Assembly (NCBI GenBank): GCA_026770705.1
Contig: JANJGN010000031.1
Coordinates: 806,001 to 870,000 of the forward strand
Direction: 5' to 3'
Source of the DNA: Isurus oxyrinchus
Taxonomy: Eukaryota
DNA length: 64,000 nucleotides
In this document: piece after piece, positions 26,401 to 38,978 of the stretch
How the letters are laid out: each line of letters starts with the position of its first letter
Position numbering within the stretch: position 1 is the stretch's first letter
Notes under the pieces: generated by a model
The model's database searches: none
What the model was told of the DNA's origin: nothing
The model's input: only the letters and a program-made list of their open reading frames with translations
Position numbers and translations under genes: made by a program

Positions 26401-27521
26401 ATAATAGGCTCTAGCATTTTCCCTACTACTGATATTAGGCTAACCTGTCTGTCATTCCCTGTGTTGTCCCTCCCTCCTTTTTTTAAATAGTGGGGTTACA
26501 TTTGCCACCCTCCAATCTGCTGGGACTGTTCCAGAGTTTAGAGGATTTTGGAAGATGACAACCAATGTATCCACCATTTCCATAGCCACCTCCTTCAGTG
26601 CCCTGGGATGTAGATTATCAGGCTCAAGGGATTTATAGGCTTTCAGTCCCATTAATATATCCAGCACTGTTTTTTTAGTAATACTAATTTCCTTCAATTC
26701 CTCCTCCTCACTGGACTTTTGGTTCCGTAGTATTTCTGGGAAGTTATTTGTATCTTCCTCCATGAAGACAGGACTAAAGTAATTGTTTAATTGCTCTGCC
26801 ATGTCATTGTTCTGCATTATAAATTCTCCTGTTTTGGACTATAAGGGAGTTATGTCATATATTACCTATTTCAAATATTAGTCTTCCCTAATATTTTTCC
26901 TTTTACATACTTACCAAAGTTCTTACAGTTGTCTTTCATGTTCCGTGCAAGTTTACTCTCCTACTCTATTTTTCTCCTCTTAATCAATTTCTTGATCCTC
27001 CTTTGCTGAATTCTATTGTGCTCCCAATCCTCAGGCTTGCTACTTTTTCTAGCAACTTTATATGACTCCTCTTCGGATCTAACACTAAACTTAATTTCTT
27101 TTGTTAACCATGGTTGGGCCACTTTTGCTGTTGTGTTTTTGTGCAAGAAAAGAATATATAATTGTTGCGAGCATCCAAAACACACTCGAGGGACATGTCA
27201 TTGAATCTGGGAGCTGCAGTCTTTTTGCCTTTCAGGGCTGTGTCTTCTTTCCAGCTGTTGTGGGCTGGAAGCACTGAGAGGTGTGCGCATGGCTGGACTT
27301 TAAATATGGTGCCCTGCGCAATGAAGCAGCGAGGCGATGGCATAGCTGGTGAAGGAAATGCCGCCTACATGGAAACGGTGTGTTTCTCTGGAATGCATAA
27401 TTAAGGTGGTGGATTTGGGATGCTAATGTGTGAAAATCTGCTATTGCGGCTGGTGGGTAAAATGAACGTTGGTTTACCTGTCTGTTAGCGCACTTATTGC
27501 AAGTCTGTGACAGTTCCGCCT

Positions 27522-30500
27522 AGAGACTGAGTGAGTAGCGAATTAGGTTCACGTGTTAAGTATTGCTAAGTCCTTTTCAGGTTTTAATTATAGATTAAGA
27601 ATCAAGATCTGGCAAAGTACTAACATTAAAGTAAGTTAGGCTAGCTTGTAAACAGAGAACTGATTGGAGTGGCAGTTATCTGTCAACCACCTGAAAGCAG
27701 TGGGTTAAAGTGCCATTAATTGCTGTAGCAGGACACTGAACTAGCTAGTGACTCATCAGAGGGTCTATAAAAGAGACAGGCTTTTCAAACTGCACGGTCA
27801 GTAAGGGGTGCGTGAGGAGACAGGTGACTACACCAGAGTAAGATGGAGACTGAGTGAGCAGTAAATTAAGTACACACGGGAATTCAGTGCATGGGGTAAA
27901 GAGGTGTGCCACATGTAGTAATTATTCTAAGTTAATTAAGTAAGTAATTAAATTAAGTTAACAATAATGCAAGTAACAATGGCAAGGCAAGTGTTATGCT
28001 GCAGCTGTGGAATGTAGGTCTTTTGTACTCCAAGGCAATCCATGGCAAACACATCTGCAGAAAGTGTACGCAGCTAGAGGAATTCCAGATCAGTTTTATT
28101 GATCTGGAAGCTAAACTGCAGATACTGCACACCATAAAAGATGGGGAGAAATACCTGGGCACTTTGTTCCAGAAAACAGTCATGCCTCTTAGAATAGCAT
28201 GGTCTGTTTTGATCAGCAGTGAAGGAAAAGAGAATGTGACCATCAGTGAGACTGAGCAGATCAGTAGTGGAGGGGCATTAGACTTTGCAGTTGTCAAACA
28301 AGTTTTAGGTGCTCAAACCTGTGTGGATGAAAGCAAGGTCTGCAAGGTGGGTGAGCAGGCTGGCCATGGCACCATGGTATAGGAAGCTGTTCAAGTGGGG
28401 GGAGCCAACAGGAATGTAGTGGTAGTGGGGACCGTATAGTGAGGGGGGATTGACACCGTTCTCTACAGCGAAGAATGAAAGTTTAGAAGACTATGTTGCC
28501 TGCCCGCTGCCATAGTTTGGAACATCTATTCAGGGCTGGAAAGGAATTTGCAGTGAGAGGGGAAGGATCAAGTCATCATGGTCCCACACAGTTACCCTTG
28601 TTTAAGTTTACGGCTTAGGCTGGTCAAGGAAAGAGGTTCTGCATAGTCAGTATGAGAAGCTAGGCACCAAATTAAGAAGCAGAACCTCAAAGGTAAAAAT
28701 TCTGTATTATTATCTGAGCCATGTGCAAATTGGCATAGGCAAAATATGATTAGAGAGATAGATGTGTGGTCAAAGACTGGTATGGGAGAAGGAGTTTCCA
28801 GTTCATGGGGACTGGCAGCAATATTGAGGAAAGTGGGGGTGTACTGTTGGGATGGTCTACATCTGAACCATGCCAGGATGTGTTTTCTTGTGAATTGCAT
28901 AACTAGGGGAGTAGAGAAGACTTTAAACTAAATGAGGGGTGAGGGATCAAGCTTGGGTAGATGTGACAAATCAAGAGGTAGATTCAAAGCAGGAGACTGT
29001 AATAGTAACATGGAAATGAAGGTCATAGAATAGCAGGAAGGGACACAGAGATAAACCCTTAAGAATGCATCGATAGTCAAAACTAAATGTTACAAAGATA
29101 ACAAAAAGACAAAACTAAAGGCTCTGTACCTGAATGTGTGTTGCATTCATAACAAAGTAAATTAATTAATAATGCACATTGAAGTAAAGAAATATGATCC
29201 GATAGCCATGACAGAGATATGGCTGCCAAGTGACAAGGATTGTGTCCTGAATATGAAGGAGTGTATGACAGTCAAGAAGAATAGGAAGCTTGGTAAAGGT
29301 GGAGGGGTAGCGCTGTTGATAAATGAGTGCATTGGTGCAATAGCTAAAGATAACCTTGGCTCAGGAGATCAGAATGCAAAATCAGTTTGGGTGGAGATGA
29401 GGAATAGTAGAGGCAAAAAGTCACTAGTGGGCATGGTCTACAGGGTCTCTTAGAGTAACCACAGAGTATGCAAGAAGAAATATTGGGTATTTGTGATAAA
29501 GAGACAACAATAATCATGGGTGATTTTAATCTACATATATACTGGAAAAATCAGACTGGCAGTTGTAGTCTGGATGAGGAATTAATTAAATGCTTTTGAG
29601 ATAGTTTCCTGGAGCAGCACGTTTTGGGATCCATCAGAGAACAGGTTATATTAGACTTGGCATTATGTAATGTGCCAGGATTAATTAATGACCTCTGAGT
29701 GAAGGCATCCCTATTGACCACACTATCATCGAATTTTACTTTGAGCTTGAAATGGAGAAGAGTAGGTCTAAGACTAGTATTTTAAACTTAAACAAGGGCA
29801 ACTGTGTGGGCATGGAAGCTGAGCAAGCTGAAGTGAACTGGGATACAAGGCTACGGGATAGATCATTAGAGAAGCAGTGGCAGACACTTAAGGGGATATT
29901 TTAGAATACTCAGAATAAGTGCATATTACTACTATAAAGACAAATTTTAAGAGGAGGACCCACCATCCGTGGTTAACTAAAAAAGTTAACAAAAGCGTCA
30001 AACTTAAGGAAGAAAATACTATAATGTGCAAGAATGAGCGCCAGGTCAGATGATTGGTCAGAATATAAAGAATGGCAGATAATGACTAAAATGTTAATCA
30101 GGAGAAAGAAATTAGAGTATAAGAGGAAGCTGGCTAGAAAAGTAAAAATGGATAGCAAGAGTTTCTACAGGTATTTAAAAAGGAAAGGAGTAAGTAAAGT
30201 GAATGTTGGTCCTCCAGAAAGTGACGGTGGGGAGTTAATAGTAGATAATGTAGAAATGGCATGTGAAATGAACAAATATTTCACTTCTATATTCACTATA
30301 GAGGATAAAAAAATATTAAAGTAATAGCTGTAAATCAGGAAGTGGAAGGGTGAGGGGAACTTGATGAAATAACAATCACTAGAGAAGCAGCATTAAGCAA
30401 ACTGATGAAGCTGTGGGCTGACAAGTCTCCAGGTCCTGATGGACTTCATCCTAGAGCCTTAAAAGAGGTGGCTAATAAGGTAGTGGATGCGTTGGTGTTA

Positions 30501-32150
30501 ATTTTCTAAAACTCATTACATTCTGGAAAGGTTCCATCAGACTGGAAAATAGCAAATATAACCCCTGTATTCAAGAAGGGAGGGAGGCAGAAAACAAGAA
30601 ACTATAGGCCCGTTAGCTTGATGTCCGTTGTGGGGAATGTGTTAGAATCGATTATTTAGGAGGTTTTGGCTGGGCACATAGAGACACTCAAGGTCATTGG
30701 GAAGAGAGAGCATGGTTTTGTGAAAGGGAAATCATTTTAACCAATTTATTGGAGTTTTTTGAAGGAGTTATATGGGCTGTCGATAAAGAGAGCCTATCAA
30801 TGTGCAGGATTTGGATTTCTAGAAGGTACTTGATAAGGTGCCACATCAAAGGTTATTACTCGAGGTATAGGTGGTAATATATTATCATAGATAGAAGATT
30901 GTCTGGCTGGCAGAAAGCAAAACGTATGCATAAATGGGTCTTTTTCGGATCAACAGGATGTGACAAGTGGAGTCCCAAAAGGTCTGTACTGGGGCCTCAA
31001 CTTCTTACAATTTACATCAATAACTTAGATGAGGGGAGTGAAGACATGGTAGCTAAATTTGCAGATGACACAAAGATAGGCAGGAAAGTATGTTGTGAAG
31101 AGGACATTAGGAGGTTGCAGATGGATATTGATAGGTTGAGTGGCTGGGAAAAAATCCCACAGATGGTGTATAATGTATGGAAAATGTAAAGTTGTTCACT
31201 CTGGCAGGATGGATGAAAAGGTAGAAATTACTTAAATGGAGAACGGCTGCAGAATTCGGAGGTGCTTAGGGATCTGGATGTTCCAGTGCATGAGTTACAA
31301 AAAGTTAGTGTGCAGATACAGCAAGTAATTAAGGAGGCTAATGGATTGCTATCCTTTATAATGAGAGGAATCAAACATAAAAGCAAGCATACAGCCTGAA
31401 GAAAGAGTCACACAGACTCAAAACATTAACTCTGTTTCTCTCTCCACAGTTGCTCTCAGACCTGCTGAGATTTTGCAGCATTTTCTGTTTCTACTTCAGA
31501 TTTCCAGCCTCTGCAGTATTTTGTTTTTATAAAATTAAGGATGTTATGCTTCAGTTATACAGGCCATTGGTGAGGTCACATCTCAAATTTTGTGTACAGT
31601 TTTGGTCTCCATATTTAAGGAAGGATGTAAATGTGTTGGAGGTGGCTCAGAGGAGGTTTACTAGATTGATACCTGGAATGAGTGGGCAATCTTATGAGTG
31701 AAGGTTAGACATACAGGACTTGTATCCACTGGAGCTTAGAAGAGTGAGAGGTGACTTAATTAATGTATATAAGATCCTGAATGGTGTTGACAAGGTGAAT
31801 GCAGGAAGGATGTTTCTTTTTGTGGATGAGTCCAGAGCTAGGGGGCACTGCTTTCAAATTAGGCATTGCCACTTTAGGACAGTGATAAGGAGAAACTTTT
31901 TCTCTCAGAGGTTTGTGCAACTATTGAACTCTCTGTCCCCAAAGGCAGTGAAGGTGGGGGTCACTGAATATTTTGAAGGCAGAAGTAGATAGATCCTTGT
32001 TGAGATAGGAATCAAAGGCTACCAGGGCTAGATGAGAATGTGGAATCCAAAACACAAAGAGATCAGCCAAGACCTTATTGAATGGCAGAACAGGCTCGAG
32101 GGGCTGAATGGCTTACTTCTGCTCCTACTTTGTATGTTTGTATGTTCATA
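27522..32150 (+). mobile_element. Near full-length CR1 LINE (5' UTR begins at ~16093, displaced by the Harbinger unit): ORF1 zinc finger/esterase and ORF2 endonuclease-RT, many stops
   Basis: ORF1 HICRKC..., WDGLHLN. Endonuclease YDPIAMTEIW..RKLGKGGGVAL. RT KFADDTK. Tail TGTATGTTTGTATGTT at ~32135. Confidence 0.9.
31397..31530 (+). mobile_element. Penelope-derived short repeat inserted in CR1
   Basis: ctgaagaaagagtcacacagactcaaaacattaactc...gacctgctgag...gatttccagcctctgcagtatttt. Confidence 0.6.
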
Positions 32151-33520
32151 CAGTTTACCTAAGCATCAGTCTTCCGTACCCCTACATGCCCTACTATAGG
32201 ATTTTAATGTGTTATCCTTAATAGCTCTATACGATACCTAGGTGCTACATTACCTGATGAATAACCGTCCACTCCTCATCTGCAGGTCTGTGAGGAGGTC
32301 TCCACTTTCTCATTAGCATCCCATTTTTAATTAATAACATTCTGGAACTTCCTCAACTTCAGCTTCTGTTTGGGCTGATCCCGCTATCTTACTTAACTCT
32401 TGGTCCGCTTGCTGAGCCAGAATTAGAGAGGATTTATTAAAAATCTCTTTTGGATTATCTAAGTCTTAAAAGATAGTTTCAGCCAGCCAAATATGATTTT
32501 GACTTCTGATGATGAACTTTGCTTAGCCATTGCTCGGGTCATCACACAAGAAAAAATTCATGGAACTTCATCCTGTTCCTGCTTCATTTTTTTAATCTCA
32601 CTTGAGCTTTCTGTAATTAAGGGAGAAGTCACTACCTTCGCTCTGGCTAAATCATTTCCAAGGAGTAAGTCAACTCTGTCTGCAGGTAACTTCTGGACAA
32701 CCCCCTACTGTCACTGTTCCACACATTAGCTCACACTCCACGTACAGCCAGTACAAAGGTATGGGTATATACTCCCCGCCAATGCCATTAATTAAAAGTT
32801 TGGCTGTGGTAAAGTTATGCATTTCCCCAGAAAAAGTGTTTGGGTGGCTCCCATATCCCTTAATATATCTATAATAGGTTTAGCAGTCTCATTTGAGGGA
32901 TAAGAGGTTACTTTCCATCTTGACAAAAACTCTTTGTAATGCTCATGTATCTTATTCACCTCTTCTGAACTCATAGCAATGTTCACACTCAGTTTCATAG
33001 CTGTAGTTAACTCTTGAGCTTGACATGTTGTATTTTCAGTCCTTTTCCAGACTCATCCTTACATACCCCAATAATACCCACGGATTTCCTCCGTAACTTG
33101 CAGCATTCTGCACGAACATGCCCTAACTTGTTATAATGGAAACACTTCCGAATATGGCTTCCACCCTCAGCACCTTGCTTTACAGTCTGAGTAGGAATTT
33201 CTGGGTTATTCACAGCTGTGCCTTCTCTTCCCTGGCTACTTGCCTTCCTTTCACCCTCCCATCTTCTATTCTTCTCGTGTTTGTCGGGTAGATGGAAAAA
33301 GGGATTGGGTTTATGAACCAGCTGAAGACCACCAGCCATTGTTACTGCCTGTCTAGCTGTTGCAATCCTCTAATTACTGGAAGAAGTGAATTTTTTAATT
33401 CTTCCAGGAGAGTTATTTCCCTAAGGTCTTCATATCGGATATCAGATAGTTTATTCTAGTTTTTTTTGTGTGAACCGATGAGGGTTAAAATCTATAGAAA
33501 AGTCTTAGCAGCATGTAAAT
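32151..33520 (-). mobile_element. Gypsy (Gmr1-like) 5' part: gag zinc knuckle, aspartic protease, start of integrase
   Basis: KCFHYNKLGHVRAEC knuckle; ILRDMGATQT and DLLLGNDLA (protease). GHVGVRKT at ~32160-32195 continues in frame into FYWPG at 16096. Confidence 0.82.
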
Positions 33521-33524
33521 CCAT

Positions 33525-33990
33525 TTTGGGACTGACATATGAGCAGAGATTGAGTTGAATAGGATTATATTCGCTGGAGTTCAGAAGAATGAGGGTGGAT
33601 CTCATAGAAAACTATGAAATTCTAACAGGACTAGACAGGGTAGATGCAGGAAGGATGTTCCCGATGGTGGGGGAGTCCAGAACCAGGGGTCACAGACAAA
33701 GGATATGGGGTAGACCATTTAGGACTGAGATGAAGAGAAATTTCTTCACCCAGAGAGTGGTGAGCCTGTGGAATTCGCTACAACAGAAAGTAGTTGAGAT
33801 CAAAACATTGTATGCTTTCAAGGAGGAGTTACATATAACTCTTGAGGAAAAAGAATCAAAGGATATGGGGAGAAAGCGAGAGCAGGCTATTGAGTTGGAT
33901 GATCAGCCATGATCATAATGAATGGTGGAGCAGACTTGATGGGCCAAATATCATACTCCTGTTCCTATTTTCTATGTTTCTATGTACAGT
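33525..33990 (+). mobile_element. CR1 3' fragment
   Basis: ORF 33589..33912 DLIENYEILTGLDRVDAGRMFP..RNFFTQRVV plus TTTCTATG tail. Confidence 0.9.
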
Positions 33991-34559
33991 GACTTTAGAC
34001 TTGTCTTTGTACACATCTTATTTGGTACTATGGCCTTATCTGCTACTGGCCCTTTTCCACTTTTGTTTTTTACTTTTCTGTTCTTCATTTATATCTTTAT
34101 TTTCCTCTTTTGTGACTCCTGACTCAGGTTCCCATTCCCCTGCTAGTCTAGTTTAAACCCTCCCCCACAGTACTAGCGAATACCCCTGTGAGGATATTGG
34201 TCCTGGTCCTGCTGAGGTGCAACCCAACTCCTCAACTCAGATCTGAAACTCCTTGAGCTGCAAACACTTACTACAGATATGTTCGCTCTGGTGTCCAGCA
34301 GAGCCGACATGCTGCAGCAGCAACACATTACCTGTCCTGCTATCACTACTTTGTTATATAATTAATTAATTAATTACTCTAATATCCCTGCGCTTTACAC
34401 TTGAAGAATCCCTCGCTCTTTACACTTTATTGGAATTTTTTTTTACACCAGAATTGATCTTATACTTAAGCTAACTTCAAGAAAAGGGGAGAAAAAAGAC
34501 AAGAGACCGAAACACAAACTTAAGACCTTACTTTTACTTGAAAGACTAGAAATACTTCT

Positions 34560-34850
34560 TATTATACCTTCATGGGATTTGGTTTTCACTGGCGAGGCCA
34601 GCATTTATTGAGCATTCCTAATTTCCCCTGATCAGAGAGCATGTTGGCCAGACCAGGTAAGGGAAACAAGATTTCCTTCTCTCATAGATATTAGTGAGCC
34701 AGATGGGTTTTTACAGCAATCGACAATGGTTTCATTGTTTTACACTTTTAATTCCAGATTTTTATTGAATTCAAATTCTATTGTCTGCTATGGTGTGAAC
34801 CCAGGTCCCTAGACAATTACTTAGACTAGCGACAACACCACTATGCCACC
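34560..34850 (-). mobile_element. tRNA-headed SINE, same family as 22217-22568
   Basis: Reverse complement of ggccagcatttatt, ccaggtaaggg, ttaattccagattttt..attgaattcaaattc and the head. Confidence 0.75.
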
Positions 34851-35477
34851 ACCCACCAATCAGGTGTTGCCCCTGCATTTGTGTCACATTTTGGTTTGCG
34901 CCATCTCTCCGCCGCTGGTCTCACTGCAGCCAGGCCTCTCAATCTGTGCCTTTTATCCTCTCCAGCTCATCTCTCATTCAGAATACACTATTTTGTGCCC
35001 TTGGAATAGAATAAACTTTAATCATTGAACAGATTCTCACCAATTAACCAGCTTCTTCTCCTGCAGCAGAGCAAGAATCAATTCCTCGAGGCTGAAAATG
35101 TTTAGGCAAAAGCAACCAAACACTTAACTCCCTGAAGTGCTCAACTCTGGCACTCTATTGTAAATCACACAAAGTTGGCTCCTAGGACAAAAGGCCGAGC
35201 TGAGTCACTTAATATGGATCCAGTTTCAGCTGGTCCTTATTTCAGCTGCGCTTTCACTGGAAAACTTGAAAAAACCCTACTTAAGGCTGGCAACTACAGA
35301 ATTAATGCTGCCAATTTCAGTTTAATGCCAATTACAAACTAAATTAGGTTTGCACAAAATAAAACTGTAGACCTTCTTACCTAAAAACTGCACACACTCA
35401 TTCCTAGGTTAAACTGAATTTGCCAGCTAAATTTATATGCTCCTAACACACTGACACTGAACTCTGCCCAGAGACCA

Positions 35478-36140
35478 TGTGATATGGTTGCAATGTGGAA
35501 AGGCACCAAGGTCAAAATCTATAGGAACTCAAGTGCCAGTTTTGAGACCTTGACACATAAGAGGGGCAGCTGGTCTTTCTGGACACAGGCTCTTGAAGAG
35601 AGAGACAGAGCGATGTGCTGCTGGGTGATGAAGCAGAAAAGCTATTGCTGCAAGAGGAGGGTGTTTGTAAGAAAACTGTTTTTCTATTTGAAGAAATAGG
35701 GCTTGTAGAGTTTTAAGGACCAAGGAGGCACCAGAGTGGACCTTGAGGCTGTAAGTCAGTTTGAGAATACTCAGGACATTGGATGAAGACACTTTGAAAG
35801 GACACTGGAAGACTCACCTGGTGTGGCAGTGAGAAGGGAGCCTGTTGAAAGGTCAGAAGGAGCTTGAGGCTTGATCTACCAGGCTACATATCTGCTGAGA
35901 GCATGGCATAATGTATAAACACTGTAAAGCTTTTTTAGATATGTTAATTAGTTAATGAGGAAGGGCTATTTCTCCAGTTTTGTTTATTAGTGCTCTAATA
36001 AGTAAACTTTATTCGAAGTTGACTTTAGTTCTTTCGTTGCCATAAAATCTTAAAACATGAAATATTGTCATGTGATTGTTAGTCACCAGGAAACCCATAT
36101 CTCCTTTTAAAAATAATTGGTCTCCATGGGGTTTGTAACA
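35478..36140 (+). mobile_element. Possible solo LTR
   Basis: TGTGATA...TGTAACA termini and an AT-rich U5-like region, but no matching target-site duplication. Confidence 0.4.
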
Positions 36141-36269
36141 TTAGATCACCCCTCAAACTTCTAAATGTGACAGCTTACAGCCTGTGCAAGCAATCCAGGG
36201 AGTATATAGAGCTGATATGGGAGAGATTTATAAGGAAATACCTTTCAGAATACATTTAAGAAACAGAAG

Positions 36270-38000
36270 TAGGAACATACATGTATACATACAAATTAGG
36301 AGCAGTAGACCATTCAACCCTTTGTGCCTGCTCTGCCCTTCAATAAGATCATGGTTAATCTGATTATGGCCCGAATGCCACTATCATTCCAACTCCCAAT
36401 ATCCTTTGATTCCCTTGTTAATTAAGAATCTATCTACCTCTGCCTCAGAAATGACCTTCCGTCTAACAGTATCTCAACAAACTCAGGGCCCTCAGGAAAA
36501 AGTTCTCCCCATCTTGGTCTTTGATAGGAGAGCCCTTATTTTTAAACTGTGACCCCTAGTTCTGGTCTGTCCTGCAAGGGCAAATATCCTTTCAGCATCA
36601 ACTCAGGCAAGTCTCCTCAGGATCCTATACCTTTCATTAAGATCACGTCTCATTCTTCTAAACTACAATAGCTATCAGCCCAACCTGTCCAAATTTTCTT
36701 CATAAAATATTCCCCTGAGTCCTATGCCAGGGATCAGTTGAGTAAACTTCCTTTGAACTGCTTCGAATGCAATTATGCCTTCTCTTAAATAAGGAGACCA
36801 AAATTGTCCCGAACACTCCAGATGTGGTCTCACCAATGCCCTGCACAACTGTAGCAAACATCCCTATTTCCATTTCCCATTTCCCTTTCAATAAACAACA
36901 ACATTTAAGGTGCCCTCATAATCACTTGTACCAGTATACTACCTTTTTTGAGATTCATGTACCAGGACAACCTCATCCCACTGTACCTCAGAGGTCTGCA
37001 AACCCTCTTCATTTAGATAATATGCTGCTTTTTTTTATTCTTCCTGACAAAGTGGACAAGTTCACATTTTCCCACATTAAACTCCATCTGCCATTTTTTT
37101 GAGCATTCAGTAACCAATCTATATGACTTTACAGACTCCTTCCGTCCTCTGAACAATTGACTTTCTGACCTATCTTTGTGTCATCAGCAAATTAGCAACT
37201 ATACATTCGGCCTCTTCTTCCAAATCATTGATATAGATTGTAAATAGTTGAGGCCCCAGCACTGATCCCTGTAGCATTCGTTACATCTTTCCAACCCAAA
37301 GATCACCCGTTTATGCCTACTCTTGGTTTCCTGTTAGCTAACTGATCCTTTATCCATGCTAATATGTTACCCCTACACCATAGACACTTACTTTGTATGT
37401 GGCACTTTTCAAATGCCTTCTGAATTTAAGTACACAAGTCCACAAGTTCCCCTTTATCCACATTGCTACTTACTTCCTCTAAGAGCTCTAGTAAATTAGT
37501 CGAACATAATTTCCTTTACACAAAAAACACGTTGACTCTGCCTGCTGTAGAGGAATTAATAGGATTTAAGAAAGTAAATAACAATAAATGATCAGCAAGA
37601 AAAACAGGAAGAAAGCCCCTTGACTGTTCTGCCATTCAATAAGATCATAGTTGATTTAATCATGACCTTAACTCCACATTCCCGGCTGCAGCCCCTCTCC
37701 CTCCACCCATCAACGTTGAATCTGCTACAGTTCAAAAGTCTGTCTAACTTTGTCTTGAATATGTTCAATGACGCAGTCTCTACTGCATTCTGGGGTAGAA
37801 AATTCCAAAGATTACAGACCCTCAGAAGGAAGAAATGTCTCCTTATTCCCATCTTAAATGGGAGGCTCATTTTGATAATATCCACCCGGTCCTAGATTCC
37901 CCCAGCCCCCGGTTGCACATTCCCCACGACAGGAACATCGTCTCAGCATCCAAACGATCAGGCCCCCTCAGAATATTGTGTTTCATTAAGATCACCTGCG
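36270..38000 (-). mobile_element. Two adjacent degenerate CR1 RT/3' UTR fragments (36270-37545 and 37590-38000)
   Basis: LQLCRALVRPHLECSGQFWSP; RRHFFLLRVCNLWNFL. Confidence 0.85.
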
Positions 38001-38240
38001 ATTGTTTGTACATTTGATATTAGGAGTTTCCCAGTATGTTGTAGACGTCTCCCGTCAGCATCAAACATCCTCTGGTGTTTGTTTCCATTTTGAACAATTG
38101 ATTGAGCCACCCCTCACTATTCTAAATTCAGGGGAACGCAGCAAGATTTCTGCAGCCTGTCGTCTTAATTTACCCCAGGAAACCCCGGTTTTGTTCTGGT
38201 GAATCTGAGTTGTGACCCCTCCTGTTTTGCCCAGTCCACA

Positions 38241-38400
38241 AACCGCACCCCACCCACGTGCAACTTCCTGCTGCCCGCAGCTCCACATAATCCAAGCAGG
38301 GAGTGAGGGGCGGGGCTGAAACGGGAAAGGGCGGGGCTCAGTCTGAAAGGGAGGGGCTGGGCTGTCAATCAGAGTGAGGAGGAGGAACATTGTATTTGCA
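38241..38400 (+). promoter_or_regulatory. V-a promoter: Runx (AACCGCA), Ets (ACTTCCTG 38263), GC boxes (38307, 38329), CTGTCAATCA (38362-38371)
   Basis: Motif cluster 50-210 nt upstream of the leader ATG; similar clusters precede V-b, V-c and V-f. Confidence 0.55.
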
Positions 38401-38452
38401 GTGTTTTCTTACCAAGGATAAAGATTGGTTCAAAGGGAACCTGAGGTGGAAG

Positions 38453-38941
38453 ATGTACTGTTGCTGGCTCCGTTAATCATGTTTCACTGTAAGGAACTTT
38501 CCAGACAACAATTCCTATTCAGCATCCAGCTTTCCGCTCCACTTTCTGACCTTCCCTTGCTCTCTCTCCTTCTGGTCTTTCTTTCTATTTCTCTACGTTT
38601 ATCTATCTCCTTCATTTCCCCAACACCCAATTTACCCTCTTTACTGACGGCTTCCGCTCTCCTTTCCTTCCCATGTGTGAACTCACAGACTATCCGCCAG
38701 ACTCCCGCTGCTGTCTCCAGATTTCCCGGGGATGAAATGGAACTGGAGTACACTGTGGAGGGGAGCAGTAACCCTGACATGTTCTGGTACAGACAGGACC
38801 CAGGGAAGGAGCTGCAGTTTCTATTTTACTCCAGAGGCACCAATGTTATAAATCCAGAGACCCAATGGCTCTGAGTTCAAGCTGGAGTCCCTCATCCTGC
38901 GGCCGGATCACTCGGCCGTGTATTACTGAGCCTGGAGTCCG
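38453..38941 (+). pseudogene. TCR beta V pseudogene V-a (TRBV30-like)
   Basis: Leader 38453-38488 is 1 nt short of V-b's, GTAAGG donor. Acceptor AG>AT at 38673-74. V exon SQTIRQTP..ELEYTVEGSSNPDMFWYRQDPGKELQFLFYS with Cys23>Tyr (38749), a 29-nt FR3 deletion and Cys104>TGA (38927), followed by AWS. Confidence 0.92.
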
Positions 38942-38978
38942 AACAGTGACTCAGAGTTGGAGCAGCTCAACAAAACCC
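38942..38978 (+). other. Defective RSS of V-a: AACAGTG - 21 nt - ACAAAACCC
   Basis: Heptamer with first C>A. Spacer nearly identical to V-b's. Confidence 0.85.

Larger units (their letters stand above)
19299..27168 (-). mobile_element. CR1 LINE ORF2 (5'-truncated), split by the Harbinger at 19827-25630
   Basis: 3' UTR at 19299. RT motifs continue at 25634-27168 (KFTDDTK, YLDFQKTFD, PADWRVANVTPLFKK). Joined flanks give gggac-caa-aactgcacacaatactcc, like the uninterrupted copy at ~48875. Confidence 0.88.
16142..27521. mobile_element. Outer Harbinger-bounded unit (internally deleted element full of nested insertions), inserted into a CR1 5' UTR
   Basis: Left end AGCCAAGATTTTCC matches the transposase-side end at 25630. 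Right end (reverse complement AGGCGGAACTGTCA) matches the Myb-side ends at 3324 and 19827. Flanking 3-mers are GGA/AGA. Joining the flanks restores gagatggagactgagtgag, as seen uninterrupted at ~27840-27860. Confidence 0.7.

Noticed and set aside
38425-38874. 149-aa ORF reading through V-a leader, intron and V exon as a novel membrane protein
   Set aside because: Non-ATG start and a pyrimidine-rich intron that is stop-free by composition; the V part lacks both cysteines.
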